From Moniliella sp. 'wahieum' (taxonomy: Eukaryota), in the NCBI GenBank assembly GCA_003971905.1, contig RSEE01000110.1, positions 62,001 through 126,000 on the forward strand: a stretch of 64,000 bases of DNA, in the 5' to 3' direction. Under the pieces are notes generated by a model, which was not told the DNA's origin, did not search any database, and saw nothing but the letters and a program-made list of their open reading frames with translations. Made by a program: the position numbers and the translations under genes. How positions within the stretch are numbered: the stretch's first letter is position 1; every line of letters starts with the position of its first letter. Positions 1-13,324 of the stretch are shown piece after piece.

Positions 1-1449
1 AGTACATCAAGATCCCAACATGCGGCAAGAAGATGTGGCGAGAAGGGAACCCAAGTCACCGCCCTTGGCTGGGACAACCCTGGACCACCGAAGTAGAGGG
101 TTCAGGACAAGAGTAGCCGCACCCATTCTGGATCCACATAGCCAAAGACGCAATTGCGTCTCATCTGGCCCAGAGCCGACTCAAGTTGGGACTCACCTCA
201 GATCGCTTGGTGTGGTGGACAGCAAACCGCCAAGTCGGGCTTGCGAGAGCAGACAACGGGCATCCGGCCAAGCGAGCGCACCCCTGCGCTCAGAACAAGG
301 CACTGCCCCTGTCCCAAATTGGCCTTCACGGCCGCAGCAGGACATCGGTGTGGTGCTCGCTCCCCCATGCGCAGATGTTTTATTGCGCCGGACCAAAAAG
401 GGCGACCAACCCTAATACCATTTTGAAACGAATCTTTGACGCGCAATGTTTCTATTTGTCAACTCAGCTACTCGTCCGGCCGCGTGCTCTTAGCACGCTT
501 ACGGAAGCGCGCGAGTATAAAACGCGACGCGAGAATGATGGTTCCCCCGATACGCAACTGATTGCACAGGCAGGAATAACAACAATGATATGCCAAACAG
601 GTTACATCCTGGGGAGCGATTAAGTCGCGTTTCAAGTTGGACTGTCAGCGTTCAGCGTCAATAGAAACCCTGGTCGCGATGGCTCCATATCACCACTGTT
701 GCTCTCCAAAAAGTAGACAGGCTCTGTGCGTGTTCTTTGATACGGTTTCCAGATAGTTGAGTGACCAGTAGCAGGTGTGCTTTCGATGCCAACAGGAACC
801 AAGATAACTTCGCCGGCAAAAGACACGACAGGTCCATCGGATGGAGCATTAAAACCAGAGGATCCTGATCTCCTGTGACGATTCTCCGCTGGTTCCTTAT
901 TAAGCGGGGTTGGCGCTATCAACTATCTGAAGAGGAGTAAGCGTTACCTGAACTGTAACCCCAGCTTTTGCAGTGAAGTGTAACCGATGTTAGCCGTAAA
1001 TTCGTAAACGTGTAAAAGAATGAAGGAGGCAAGGGAGAGGTAAAAGGGTGGGTAAAGTAGTGCTGACCACTGAGAGTAGGAGAGAGGTTGGTGGCAGTGT
1101 TGGTAAGCAACAGCTAACCACACACAGCGAGCAAGCCTTAGCTGTCAAGCTGGTCGATCGATCAGGCCGCCTTAGGATAGGTATATGCATGCAGGATGTA
1201 GGGGCTTAGCGCTTATTCCAGAGAGGTAAAGACAGCAGTACGCAGCACATTGTTTGCTTTCAACAGCGCCACACAAAGTCGGACACAGCAAAATGAGAAG
1301 CGGATGAAGGGGTCAGCCAGACTGGGCGTAACAGAAGTTAGGAAGGTGCGGGCGGTTAAACCCGGAGCGATAGCTCCTGGCCATTCGCGGAAGGTGTCCG
1401 CAGTAATGGATAAATTGTCCAGAGGCAGTGGCACATGTGTTTGGATGGC

Positions 1450-3957
1450 ATGAGACTAATACGACATGAGGAGCCCCGGGTCGTGCGTGATAACCGGATC
1501 GTTCCGAAATAAAAAGGCCAGAGCGATTGCGACCCCCTCAAAGGCCACCGCAGCAGCTCATCCATCACAATACTCTTAATGGGCCCACAGCCACTCGCGT
1601 GCCCGTGTGCCCCAGTCCCAGTGCAACACATAGGGCTGGTTAGCTTCCTTGCCCAGTCCTTGCAAGCCCCATCAGTGTCCTGCAGGATGTATTTTCGTAG
1701 GAAGGTTTCATCCGTGCCTTCTCCTTCTTCGTCACATACGGCTATAGACACTCGGGGTTAGCCACCTTGACGCATGGTCGCTTGTTGAAAAGGAGTACGT
1801 ACATGTTCTTTAAGCCATTGCAGCTCACGACTAAGGGGGTGCATGCAACGGTGGCACTAGTCGATGTGAGAATGCTGGAGGAGGAAAGAAATTGGTTGGA
1901 CAGTGCATGGTGCTCAGCCACTTGGCCCCCTCCGGAGACGGACCCTCAACAGAAAAGTCGGTGCCCAACATGTTGGCTCCGAAGAAGCGTCCACCCTCAC
2001 AGCAGGCAGAGGAGGTCAGTGACGCGAATTTCGTCCGGACGTGACGCATGCTTCCAATCAAGCAACGCCATCTGCATCGATCCAACACATTGGGTTGTTA
2101 GCCGATGCTTACGGTGCCACAGGGGGAGATCGACCGAAGAATTTGGACTGGCCAATGACGCGGTCCTTTCGGTCCTGGGTCACTTGCACGTGCCGGTGAG
2201 GAACCAAGACAGGGAGGAGGGCTCGGCCATCGTCAATGAGGAGATCAGATTTGTCCTCTCTGACCCTCTCCAATTCCAATAGCAGGGGTCCTCCCTTTCA
2301 GGATGCAGTGGGGGGCCGATATCAATGACCCATGAAGGGCTCGGGACTGCGGAAGGAGTGGGGATCTAAAATGGAGAGATAGTTTTTGATCAGCACTAGA
2401 CGCAGCTGGCACTGGTGGGGCTCTGTGTCCAAAGCCAAAAGAAAGGTCCAGGAATGGATGAGGGCCAGGCAATAAAACACAACAGAGGTAAAACATGCCC
2501 AAGTTGTTCAAGTCTGTTGTCGGTGCACTCTGCAACAAAAATGAGCGACCGTGAGGGGTGGCCGGACCTTGAACGGTAAAATACGACCGGCACATCTTGA
2601 CTGTAGATGAGGCAGACATGAGCTGATCAAAGCTGAAAAGGGGGGGGGTACCGGTAGCACGATCGAATACTCCCAGCCCGCATGGCTGTGCCAAAGGTAG
2701 GCCCACTGTCGATCAATGCTGAGGTGGGAATGAAGTGAAAGCGGACTTATATTAGCCTCATTATCGACGAGTTTCAGCGCCACTTCAGTCCTCTCTTGGG
2801 TCAGGAAATTGAATGTGGTGAGTTCAGCCACGAGGTCTTCTTCATTTCGGCGACTCCTGAAGTGAAGGGCCCCCCGTCGATTGCCCACACGGTCAGATAC
2901 ATCTTGTGTACACACACTTCTCATTATATAGGATTTTGGGATTCACGCACAAGATTAACAAGTAAGGGTATTGAACGACAGCCGCGTAATGAAAGAAGTG
3001 CAGCCCTTCATAGGCTTTGTCCCATTTCTGTCTTTCAAGGGCGCTCAACCCCCCATAGACGCATTCCCTTGCTCGATACACCACCACCCGATGCCCGAGG
3101 TTATGATGAAAGTCATCGGGAAACGGAGGCATCCTGGTCCTGGGAGCAATTCTGACGATCCACCGGAGCAACAGCCAACCCGTAGGTAGTACCATCGCTC
3201 CATCAAAGACTTCTCCTTCGGGCGTCGGGAAGGACCAGAGAACCGGTGAGGGTGAGCATACAAAAAATCTTTGAAGACAACCATATTCCCCCTTCCTGAA
3301 ATCGGGGATCGTCAAATTCTTGAATCCGGCGCCGATGCATAACTGTTTTTGCCGGGGCAAACGTGGGCATTGGCAACCGGGCCAAGGCACACAGGCCAGC
3401 CGACGCATCGCACTGGACCTGAGGGAGAACCGTGGAAAGACGCGGACCTGGAGATGGATGGGGTTTCTTTGCCGATCGCGTCGTCGCAAAAAGAATGGAT
3501 GCCTAGCCGTCCGCAGGGGAGAAGAGGACTGCTTGGGGAGTAGAGAGGTGCCCGTCATGGTCCACCCAAACTCTTCCTCTAGCAGCTCACAGGAAACGAG
3601 TAGTCCCTGCCACGTGCGCGGCGCGACCTCGAAAGCAGCATAGTAGGCGGCCTGAGGGAGAGTGGTGGACAAGGATGGAAGACGGAGAGAGAGACGAAAC
3701 GCGGCATGATGCCACAAATTGTCGTCCTGCAAAGTCGCATGGAAGCCTGGGAAGAGAAAGGAGAGTTAGTGGATCCGACACTGAGTGGATTTATACATGC
3801 CGTCTCCAATAGCATGAGAGTAGGGCGGTGCTTGGGGATGCAGGAGGGAGCTGTTGCATACCATGGCAAGTCCACGACAGGTGGATGAGGTCACGAGGGG
3901 CGATGTGGCCGCAGACTGCGAGTCCAGAATGATGTCAAAGGGAAGGCGGTCGAGCAT
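1450..3957 (-). CDS. F-box domain protein, paralog A (multi-exon, frameshifted; 3' end approximate)
   Basis: ATG at 3957 reads MLDRLPFDIILD...IAPRDLIHLSWTCHG, then a GTATGC..CTAAC..CAG intron, then FHATLQDDNLWHHAAF. This is an F-box motif. Downstream ORF fragments (2893-3732, 2245-2924, 1356-2088) are colinear with paralogs B and C. Confidence 0.7.
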
Positions 3958-6510
3958 CGAAGTTGATGAGGCGGTATAACGGAGAGGATCAGAGGTGGGT
4001 TTGCAGGTATTGGGGGGATTCCAAAAATGCATCGAGTATCCTGCGACCTGCCTGAATATAGCGATTGCCGCACATACACAGCGGGTTTCAACTCATCGGG
4101 ATTCTAGGAGAGTTTCCGCATCTCTGTGGTAATACTATGATTACTTCATTAATCAGCTATCCCTCAACCTGTAAATGAATAGAGTAGAGAGAGAACCAAG
4201 AACACACCACCACACATCTAGAAGGGTTTTCCGCCCTTTTTACGGATGTAGAGCCCCGCGTTTCACAGAGCCTTCTCATCGATCGAAACAGATGCCAATT
4301 GGGCCACTTAGTGTAGTATACTCTCTGGCAAGAGAGAGCCGACGGAGAGAAAATGTTTCCAAAGGTGGCTACGGCCATCCGTCGCAGCGGACTTGGCCGC
4401 AACGGATCCCCAAACACCACGATGCTTCGTACCCATATTGTGCCCATCCAGCCGAACATTATCGTATGCGCTGAACGTGCTGAACCTTGTACACCATCTG
4501 CGCACCTCTACGCAGCCGAGTTGATATAGTGTGAGCGCGGTGAGTGTGCTTCGTCGAGTTTATTTTCAAAACGTATATACGGGGAGTACAAGTTTTATAA
4601 CCCCTGGATTTATGTTTGCTACTAGGGTAGTGATAGGGTTCACCTGCAATGGATCGGTGAAGAGGCTCGCTGGTTCGGGGGATTTGCCCCTTGGCGGGCT
4701 GCGCCACCCCTTTGTCTGTTCCGACTTGCTTGCTTGGCTCTGTCTTCTTCCCTTCAGCTTGCTTGAAGGACTTTGGTGAATCCGAGCGGCGCTATAGGGA
4801 CGAAGAGGATTTTGGGGGAAGCGGAGGAGCGGGTACACGTATGGCAAGGCTGTGTACGCACCAGCTTAGGGCGTAGTAACGTCTCTGACGCCTGCGGTGC
4901 TTATTGGGGACGGGTGGAGTAGTAGGCAGTGAAAAAAACACTGCCATCAGTGACAGAGGGCTGAGGCTGAACAGGGCAGCTGTCGACGTGGCTGGAAAGG
5001 AACCCGTGCGACAAGCTGATACGGGCTGAAGGAAGGCTCGCACGACTGGGGGAGAAAGCTGGGAGACGGGTTGGAAGACGAGGAGGCAGCTAAGTGGAGA
5101 CGAGGTTGCCTAGTATACTGAATAATTGGGCGTCAACTGGCAGGTGTTGTGGAGGAAGGAAGGAAGGGACATAATTGGAGGTGGGGGGGAGGAAAGATCA
5201 CCATCAACTAATAGGCGACAGGCTAGATCAAAAGGGAAAACGGACAAAAAGGGGTGTGAAAGAAGGAAGACGTGTCAAAAGGGGGTTGGTTGCCGCAGGC
5301 GCAACGGAGAAGGAAAGTAAGTGGTGAAGGGGGGACAGTCGTCGCAAAGATACCGGAAACTTGGTGGCCTCATTTAGGCCAACCGACTGACTTTGACTTG
5401 AGCGGGGGGCGACTATTGTCGCTCGGACGCATGGCCACTCGGGCCAGAATACATGGTTTAACCAACCATCATCAAACTTGGTTGTATGATCATCTGCATC
5501 ATATATCGATCTGTTAGGGGCGCTCCGGTTATCTCCGGACGCTGAGCCCGCATGTCCTAGACATCTCAGCCCAACATGCGTCAGACCGGTTAGACTAGCG
5601 AGAGAGAGATCGACACCTTATCCTTGCTGCGGATATCATCCGCGGCCCGCCTTGGCCGCATGGGCTTATCGGTACGATGCTTTGTGCCTACTGCGTCCAG
5701 TCTTGTCAGAACCCTTCCTGCTGCGCCCGACTGCGCCGCGTCAGCACCTTGGGAAGCAAGGGCTGTGCATAGTTTTTTACCTTTCTGGGAAGTGCCCCGC
5801 ATTCTGTTTATACTGTCATGACGCACTTGAGGCCTGGTTCCTCTGCTTGATATAAGCAGCCATGTCTAAGGCTTGCTAGTGTGGTCCTTGTCGACCATTC
5901 TGTCTATTACCGTTGGTCTCCCCGACACAGTTCCTCTCTCGCCCTTCCACCTTCTACCACTCTTACGCTTACCAATTTACGAGGACCCCCCCCATGACAC
6001 GATCCGGCAACGCGTTGCTTCCCACTCTGATTTTTCTTCTACACTTCCTATCGACGACACGCGCCTCCTGTACATTTCGCAAACCGGTGGGTGAGACTCA
6101 TGTGACTGTGCGCCGTTGGATGGTAAAATATTTCTGGGTTCCTAGTACAGTCTGGTACAATTTCCTAGATACTAGATCGTTGAGAGTGTTGTGGCCAATA
6201 TGTGAGCCGCACTTTTGATGTCACCTATAACAGAGTATCGGAGCTTTGTGAGAAAAACTGGGAGGGAATGAATACTCGGATAATGCGTCGAACGTGTCAC
6301 AGTCGGGGCCAAGGCGACCAGAATTGAGACTAGGTCAAGTAATGTATCACAACCGATTCGTGGGGAAGGTGCAACAACAGAGGACACCATGCGAAGTGGA
6401 AGAAAACGCGAAAAGCGAGACACTCGGGACAAAGAAGTTGAAAATGGAATTAGCGAGCTCTATCAGGCGCCCCAACTGCTAATGACGATGAAAGTTGTTG
6501 GCATCCCCGG

Positions 6511-9083
6511 TCACGAGGTGTTTCGAAAACATAATGATGGAGAAGGGCCAAATTGGTATATCTGATGGTTAGCGTTCCTCCTTGGAGGAAGGCCCCTTCG
6601 CGATGAAGGCGCAGAGTATTGTCGCTCAGGTGTCAGCATGCTACTGGCATGCCGACTATACCCCCTTATTATCTTTCCGGGCGATTGCGACCCCAAAAAC
6701 AAAGGCCACCGCATCACCTTCAGCAACTCAATGGGTCGCCAGCCAAGCGCGTGCCCGCGTGCCCCAGTCCCAGTGCAACACATAGGGCAGGTTGGCTTCT
6801 TTGCCTTGTTCGTCGCTAAAAGCCCATAAGTGTCCTGCACAGCGTGTTGTCGGAGAATAGTGCTCAATCGTGCCTTCTCCGACATCGTCGCACACTATAC
6901 ACCCGGAAGTTAAAACCACATTTGCACTGGCTCTGTTGGAAATGAGTACGTACACTTAATCGCAGATTCCAACTCAGTACTAAAGGAGTTGCATGCAACA
7001 GTGGCACTGGTCGATGTGAGCAGACTGGACGAGGGCAAGAATTGGTTTGGACAGTGCACGGTGCTCAGCCACTGGGTCCCATCTGCACACGGACCCGCAA
7101 GAGAAAAGTTGGTGCCCAATACAACTGGCTCCGACTCCGACGCTCCCACCCTCATCATCACAGGCAGGGGGAGGTCGATGACACGAATCTCATCGGGCCG
7201 CGACGCATGCTTCCAATCGACCAATACCATCCGCATCGATCCAACAATTTGGGCTGTAGGCCGAGGATCATTCTGCTGAGCAGATGGACCATTGAACGAT
7301 TTGTACTGGCCGATAATGCGGTCATTTCGACCCTGAGTCAGTTGCACGTGCCAGTTGGGGACGAAGACAGGGAAAAGGGCCCGGCCGTCGTCAATACGGA
7401 GATCGCCTTTGGTCTGTCCGGTATACCTCTGATGCCTAAAGAGCGGGTGCTCATGAAAATAGTACTGCGTGGGGTCGATATCAATGACCGCCATCCAAGA
7501 CTCAGGAGAGTTTCGAGAGTGCGGGGCTAAGATGGATTGAAAATTCTTGACCAGCACAAGACGCATCAGATCCGTCGTGCGTTGGGGTAGTAGCCGAAAG
7601 ACCAGGTATCCGATTGGGAAAGACAGTAAACCACCGCAGAAATTCAAACCTCTCCAAATCTGGAAACGTAGGCGGGGTCTGCAGGAATGAGCAACTATAC
7701 GGGGTAGCCGGACCATGGAGCGCAAAGTAAGACCGGCGCATGTTGACCCCAGCTTGGGCCGACATGAGCTGGGCAATGTTGACGATGCAGGTGCCAGTCG
7801 CACGTTCGAACACGGCCCACGTATACCCATCCCAAACGTAGGCCCAGTTCCGATCGATGACGATGTGGCGGGGATTCGGGAAATCCACAGAATGAATACC
7901 TCCTATATGGCCGAGGGTCACTGCCTACTTCCCTCCCTCCTCTCTTGGGTGAGAAGATTGCAAGTGGCAAGTTCAGCCCGGCCGTCGGCTCGTGGGAAGC
8001 TCCTGTTGAGATTCACCCCGATCACCCACACAGGTCAGGTACAAATCGTGCGCACGATTCTCATTTTAGGATGAGGATTCACTCACAAGGTAAACAAGTA
8101 AGGAAATTGAACGGCAGCCGCGAAATGTTCTTTGACGTACCATACGTCATAGGCTTTGTTCCATTCGTGGCATTCATAATGGGCTTCAAAGTCTCCAGGG
8201 GGGAGCGCCCTGCTCGATACACCGCCACTTGATGGTGTCGGTACTGGAGGGCCTCATCACGCGGTAATGTCGGGTCAGGGGGAATTCGACGAGCCACCGA
8301 AGCAACACCCACCCTCGGGCAGTACCATCGCACCACCAAAGATTCCTATTTCCGGCTTCGGAAAGGACCAGCGGATTGGATAGGGCGAGCATAAACACAA
8401 GTCTTCCATGACTACCATATTCCTCCACACCTTAAATCGGGGATCGTCAAATTCTTTAATCGGGTGCCGATGTTGCATAACCGTTATTGCTGGGGCGAAC
8501 GTGGGCATGGGCAACTGGGCCCCGCACACAAGCTAACCGACACACCGCACGGGCCCGAGGGAGAACCGTGGAAGCGTGGGGTTGGAGATGGATCGGGTTC
8601 TGTTTGAAGAGCGTGCAGCAGCATGGATGAATGCCTAGTCCGGGGAGGGATAGACTGCGTGGCGAGTAGAGAGGTGCCGGTCATGGCCACCCAAACTCTT
8701 CCTCCAGCTGTCACAGGCAACCAGCAGTCCCTGCCACGTGCGCGGCGCGACCTCGAAACCAGCATACCGTGTGGCCTCAGGGAGAGGGGTGGCCAAGGAT
8801 GGAAGACGGAGAAGAAGAAAACGCGGCTGATGCCACAAATTGTCGTCCTGCAAAGTCGCATGGAGGCCTGGGAAGAGCACGGAAGAGTTAGCGGATCCGA
8901 CACGAGGCCGTGTGGATTTTACACAGATGTCGTTTCCTAGCACCGGGGCGATGCTGGGGGATGCAGGGGCAGTTGAGCTGTGCGCACCATGGCAAGTCCA
9001 CGACAGGTGGATGAGGTCCGAGGGGCGATGTGGCCGCTGGTGGCGACATGCAGAAGAATCTCAAAGGGAAGACGGTTGAGCAT
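6511..9083 (-). CDS. F-box domain protein, paralog B (multi-exon, frameshifted)
   Basis: ATG at 9083 reads MLNRLPFEILLHVATSGHIAPR..LIHLSWTCHG, then an intron, then LHATLQDDNLWH. The body (8690-7350) is near-identical to 22690-24030 on the opposite strand. Confidence 0.7.
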
Positions 9084-9635
9084 GGATGTTGATGGTGGGA
9101 ATGAGGACGATTGTAGGTGTTGCAGGGACTATCGATTACTAAATGAATTTACTAAGGAGGATCTATAAAAAAGAGAACATACTGAGGCGCAACACCCAAG
9201 AAGGAAAAAGAAAGGGAGAGAGAAGAGAGCTACAGTATTAAAAAGCACTATAAGAGCAGGCTCTCTCCCCTTTCGTCTGTTGATATTATCTCCCTTGACT
9301 CCTGATCTCCTCCCTTCGTCCTTTTGTCAGTTGCTACCGCTGAGGAGCTTGAGGCTGTCGGCGTTCTCCTCATCTCCCCATTGGATGCCTAATAGTCCGG
9401 CTCTGCGCTGTACCGACTATAGTATTGTACGCGCGTAGATATACAGCCGGCATTGTTATACTTTCAAAGATGTCTCGACAGCGGTCGCTCTTTCTGCTCA
9501 AGTTCCCACCCCGGGCGGAAGGGGCGGAATTGTCCTCCCCCGCTCGTCGCGGGTCGAATAGGGAGATGGCGGTGGTGCTAAACCGCCATCGGCCATCCTC
9601 CCTCATCGACTCATCGCGCACGATGGGCGAAGGCA

Positions 9636-12176
9636 ATGGCGTCCCCGCCGCCGCCGCATCCCAACACCCCGCGCCCCAGGCCAGCCACCGCCTTCTTCCC
9701 AGGCCCCATCCCAGCCCAGCCCAACCAAGCGCGGCCAGACATGAGCGAAGACGAGGCGAACAGCGCCATCATCTCTACCTCCGCCGCAAGGGCTTTGACA
9801 AGGTCATTTCCGCCTTCTCCTCCGAGCTGAACCAGAGGGCAGGACGCGCGTCTGCACCTGTGCCGTCCCCTGCCCTGTTCCTGCGCCTGCCCCGTGCCCC
9901 CCCCACCCTCGCCAGCAACAACGCCCCGCGTGCTCCCGCGTCGCAGGCCGGCCCCCCCTCCAGCATCCTCACCCCGGCCGAGAAGCGGGCAGCGGATGCT
10001 CTGGCGCGCGACCCAACCGATTCCGCCCGTGGGTTTTCTGAGCTGCTGCGGTGGGTGCAAGGTAGCCTGGACGTGTACCAGCCCGAGCTGCGACCGGTCT
10101 TGGTCCCTGTGTTTGCGCATGCCTACATCGACCTCGTCCGTCGCGCTCAACCCGATGCCGCGCGCTCCTTTTACGACCGGCATGCTGCATCGCTGATCGC
10201 AACCGGCGGGGCGGCTAGCGCGTTGCTCCCTCCCCTGCGGGCAGCTACGCTGCCCCAGCATCCTTCCGCCTGACGCCACGCCCTCCTCGACAAGCACCGC
10301 GTCCAGTGGCCAGATGGCGCTGCAGTTCCAAGCCGAACGTTATGTGCTCAAGTTGACCCGCAGCACATTTCGCTCCTCTTGTCCTGGCTGACCGATGGCA
10401 TGGGTCCAATTGCCGCGTCAATGCAGCCTGCCACCTGGACCTCGGACCCAGCCCAAGCTGAACTCGCCCCCGACGCACAGCAGCGTGCTCGTGCGCAAGT
10501 GCTGCGCACACTCAATGACCGTACGCGGATCGAGTTACTCGACCAGGAACCGTGGGAGGTATCGCCGTCGCAGCTGCTCGAAGGAACGGGGCTGATGGGC
10601 TTCCCAGTGCCGGCCGCGAGCTTGGGCAAGGCGCCACTTGCTTCGACCGAGCGCGACGTGGTGAAGGACGTGAATGCGCGACCGCGTTTGAAATTGCATC
10701 CGCTGGTGCCTCTGCCCGACCGACTCAAGGAAGAAGTCCAAAAAGAACTGTTGATCTCTGATTGGATGGCCAAGGAACAACAAGCTTCCCTCCCAACCGA
10801 CGAGACCACCACAGAAGAAAAGAAAGAACCAGTGCCACCCCTCGAACCGAGCGAGGTATCCCTCAACACGGCCCCCGCTACGAGTCAGGGGCTGGAAGGC
10901 GCGAGTGTGGCGGACCTGCTGCCGCTGCCCACTGGGTACAGAGTAGCAGATGTGAACCGCGAAGTGGCCAAGGTGTTGGATGCACGGAAAGCATTGCGGT
11001 TCACCCCCGCACAACCAGAGTTAGAGGAAGGTCCAAAGGGAAGTGTGGCGCCCGAGCGTGTGCGCCTACACTTATTTTGACGGCGGACGACGGTCTGACG
11101 TGCTCAACGTTTTCCTGCGCGACGCTACGCTTATGGCGGCGGGGTTTGAGGAGAGTTACGTGCAACTGTGGTCGCTCAAGGGGGAAGCGTTGCGCCCGTT
11201 GCAGTCCGACTTTGAGTTAAGCCAAGTACGAGACAGCAAGTCGTTGCGTGCTCACCGTGCGCCGGGACGGGCAACGCGCAAGTTGATTGGCCATTCTGGA
11301 CCCGTGTACAGTGTGGACTTTGATCCCCTGTCGGGCTCGGCCAGTGCACCCCACTACCTCCTCTCTGGCTCGGCCGACGGTACAGCCCGATTGTGGAACC
11401 TAGACACGTACTCGGCCACAGTAGTGTACCGCGGGCACGAGTTACCCGTGTGGCAGGCCAAGTGGGGCCCGTTGGGCATGTACTTTGCTACTGCTTCGGC
11501 CGACCGGACAGCGCGGCTGTGGTCGACGGAACGGATCAACCCATTGCGCATCTACGCTGGTCATGGGAGCGATGTGGACTGTCTCGACTTTCATCCCAAC
11601 TCGTTGTACTTGGCAAGGATCGTCAGACCGGACCTGTCGACTGTGGGATGTGCAGGGGTACGGGGGTGCGGCTATTTGTAGGCCACACAAGCGGCGTAGC
11701 GTGCGTTAAGATCTCGCCTGACGGCCGGTTCTTGGCCTCGGCTGGCTGGGGCGACGGGTTCTGGCGAGCGGCAGGTGGCGACGCCGTGGCCGGGGAAGAT
11801 ACGGCCATCTCAATTTGGGATTTGGGGTCGGGACGGAGGATCAAGACCATGTGGGGCCATACGGCAAGTGTACATGCGATGGACTTTAGTCGCGATGGCG
11901 CGGTCCTCGTTTCAGCCGCTGGGGATGGGACGGTACGGTGTTGGGACGTGTTGTCGGCTGGAGGGAAACGGAGCACAGCGGCAGAGGAAGGAGGACGTCC
12001 GGGAGCGCTGGCGGAAGCGCTTGGCGCAAGCGAAAGTGCCCGCCAAGATGTGGGTCAAGACTTCGTCGGCCGACTGTGTTGCCACCTGGTTCACCAAGCA
12101 AACTGCCATGGTCGATGTGAGGTTTACTCCAAGGAACCTCTGTCTCGTGGCCGGGTACCATGATCCGGCGTTGTGA
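9636..12176 (+). CDS. TAF5: TFIID/SAGA subunit TAF5 (LisH, NTD2, WD40 repeats)
   Basis: LisH-like YLRRKGF; NTD2 segment WVQGSLDVYQPELRPVLVPVFAHAYIDLV; WD40 repeats LIGHSGPVYSVDF, YFATASADRTARLWSTERINPLRIYAGH, SIWDLGSGRRIKTMWGH; terminal FTPRNLCLVAG. Several single-base frameshifts. Confidence 0.93.
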
Positions 12177-12239
12177 ACGCATCCTATTAATGAGGTTGGA
12201 CCGGTGGCCTTGGGCTCCATAGATATAGATCCGATATAG

Positions 12240-12966
12240 CTAGTCATACATCACGCTTCGCATGTCACATCCCACCGAGCGCAGCGGCGAGCTGTGCCAG
12301 CTCATCCTCCTGGGCGTAGCCGAGCTGGGGGAGGCCCGGAGCGGCTGCGATGCCGGCCCAGATGCAGATGCAGGTGTAGGTGCAGGCGAGGAGAGAAGGG
12401 CAAACAAACTATCGTCAGACGGCTGGTGTCTTGGGTCGTGGGAGTTGCTTGGGTCGCTCAGTTGGCTTGGATCACTCAGCTGGTTGAGGTCACTTGACTC
12501 GGACTCTGTTGGAGGCGGAAGGATCGGCTGGACGGGCAGAGCCGGCTGATGGGGAGGCGAAGTGAGTTTGGGTTGAGGCACCAGTACAGATTCGGGCTGC
12601 CAACCTGGGGCAGCATGGAGGAGGAACGTGCGGCGACGCAGAGCCTTCTGTTCGGCGTGCTGGGCCACCGTTTGTTGAGCGCGTTTGAGAAGTTCATGAA
12701 TCTGGGCATTCCGCGCACGTGGCCCCACTTCCGGATGGAGTAGCGCAGCGGTAAGAGGGGCGGGGCGGGCGGCGGGCGTGGGGTTGGGGGGAGGGACGGG
12801 CAAGGACAAAGGACTCGAGCGAAAAGTCGTAGACAAAGTACTCGGAGACGGACGCAGGCAGCGCATGTAGTTCTCCTGCTGGAAGAGCGGGGTATGGAGG
12901 CGCACGCAACGCAGGCGACTGGACGAGAGGGACAGCCGAGGCAAGCGAGTAGAGACCCTGGGCCAT
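12240..12966 (-). CDS. Hypothetical protein (resembles a conserved basidiomycete family, from memory)
   Basis: ATG at 12966 reads MAQGLYSL...YPALPAGELHALPASVSEYFVYDFSLESFVL. After a frameshift it continues RARNAQIHELL...AAPGWQPESVLVP and an S/P-rich tail. Confidence 0.55.
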
Positions 12967-13095
12967 CACTGGGTAGAGGTGGAGGTGGTGGAACAGTGAT
13001 TAGATCAGTTGATCCGTCTGCTTTCGTTGAAAGGAGGAAGACATGGGGGAGATCTTATCTGGCAGTGTAGTAGGAACCATGTACCAGTACATATC

Positions 13096-13180
13096 GCCTC
13101 GCTATTTCAATCGGTAGAATTTGAGACTCTTATTTCAGAGGTCCATCTCACGGTTGTGGGTTCGAGTCCCACGTGGGGCG
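13096..13180 (+). tRNA. tRNA-Lys(CTT) with 12-nt intron (13133-13144)
   Basis: Acceptor stem GCCTCGC/GTGGGGC; anticodon stem TGAGA/TCTCA with loop CTCTTA^A; T arm GTGGG-TTCGAGT-CCCAC; followed by a TTTTTT Pol III terminator. Confidence 0.93.
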
Positions 13181-13324
13181 CATTTTTTGCCCCACCCGAT
13201 CCAGCCATCTTCCATCCCCCATCCCCATTCCCTCTTCGCACACCTACGGTCCTACTCTGCTCGTCCTGTACTTCCTTCGCAATTGGTATTTGTTTTGCCT
13301 TGCACGGGTAGTCGAGACGCCAAG

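Noticed and set aside
482..525. Hairpin GCGTGCT-CTT-AGCACGC as a Helitron 3' end carrying the F-box genes
   Set aside because: No CTRR terminus at the expected distance on either strand, and the hairpin is not repeated at the ends of copies B or C.
1..1200. ORFs 20-623 (+) and 632-1110 (-) as gene or retroelement remnants
   Set aside because: No RT, integrase, transposase or other motif recognised.
5862..6482. Possible small secreted protein between F-box A and B
   Set aside because: A hydrophobic start follows a TATA-like box, but there is an immediate stop or frameshift and no supportable gene model.
12430..12495. 18-bp tandem repeat encoding QLSDPS
   Set aside because: Ordinary low-complexity coding repeat.
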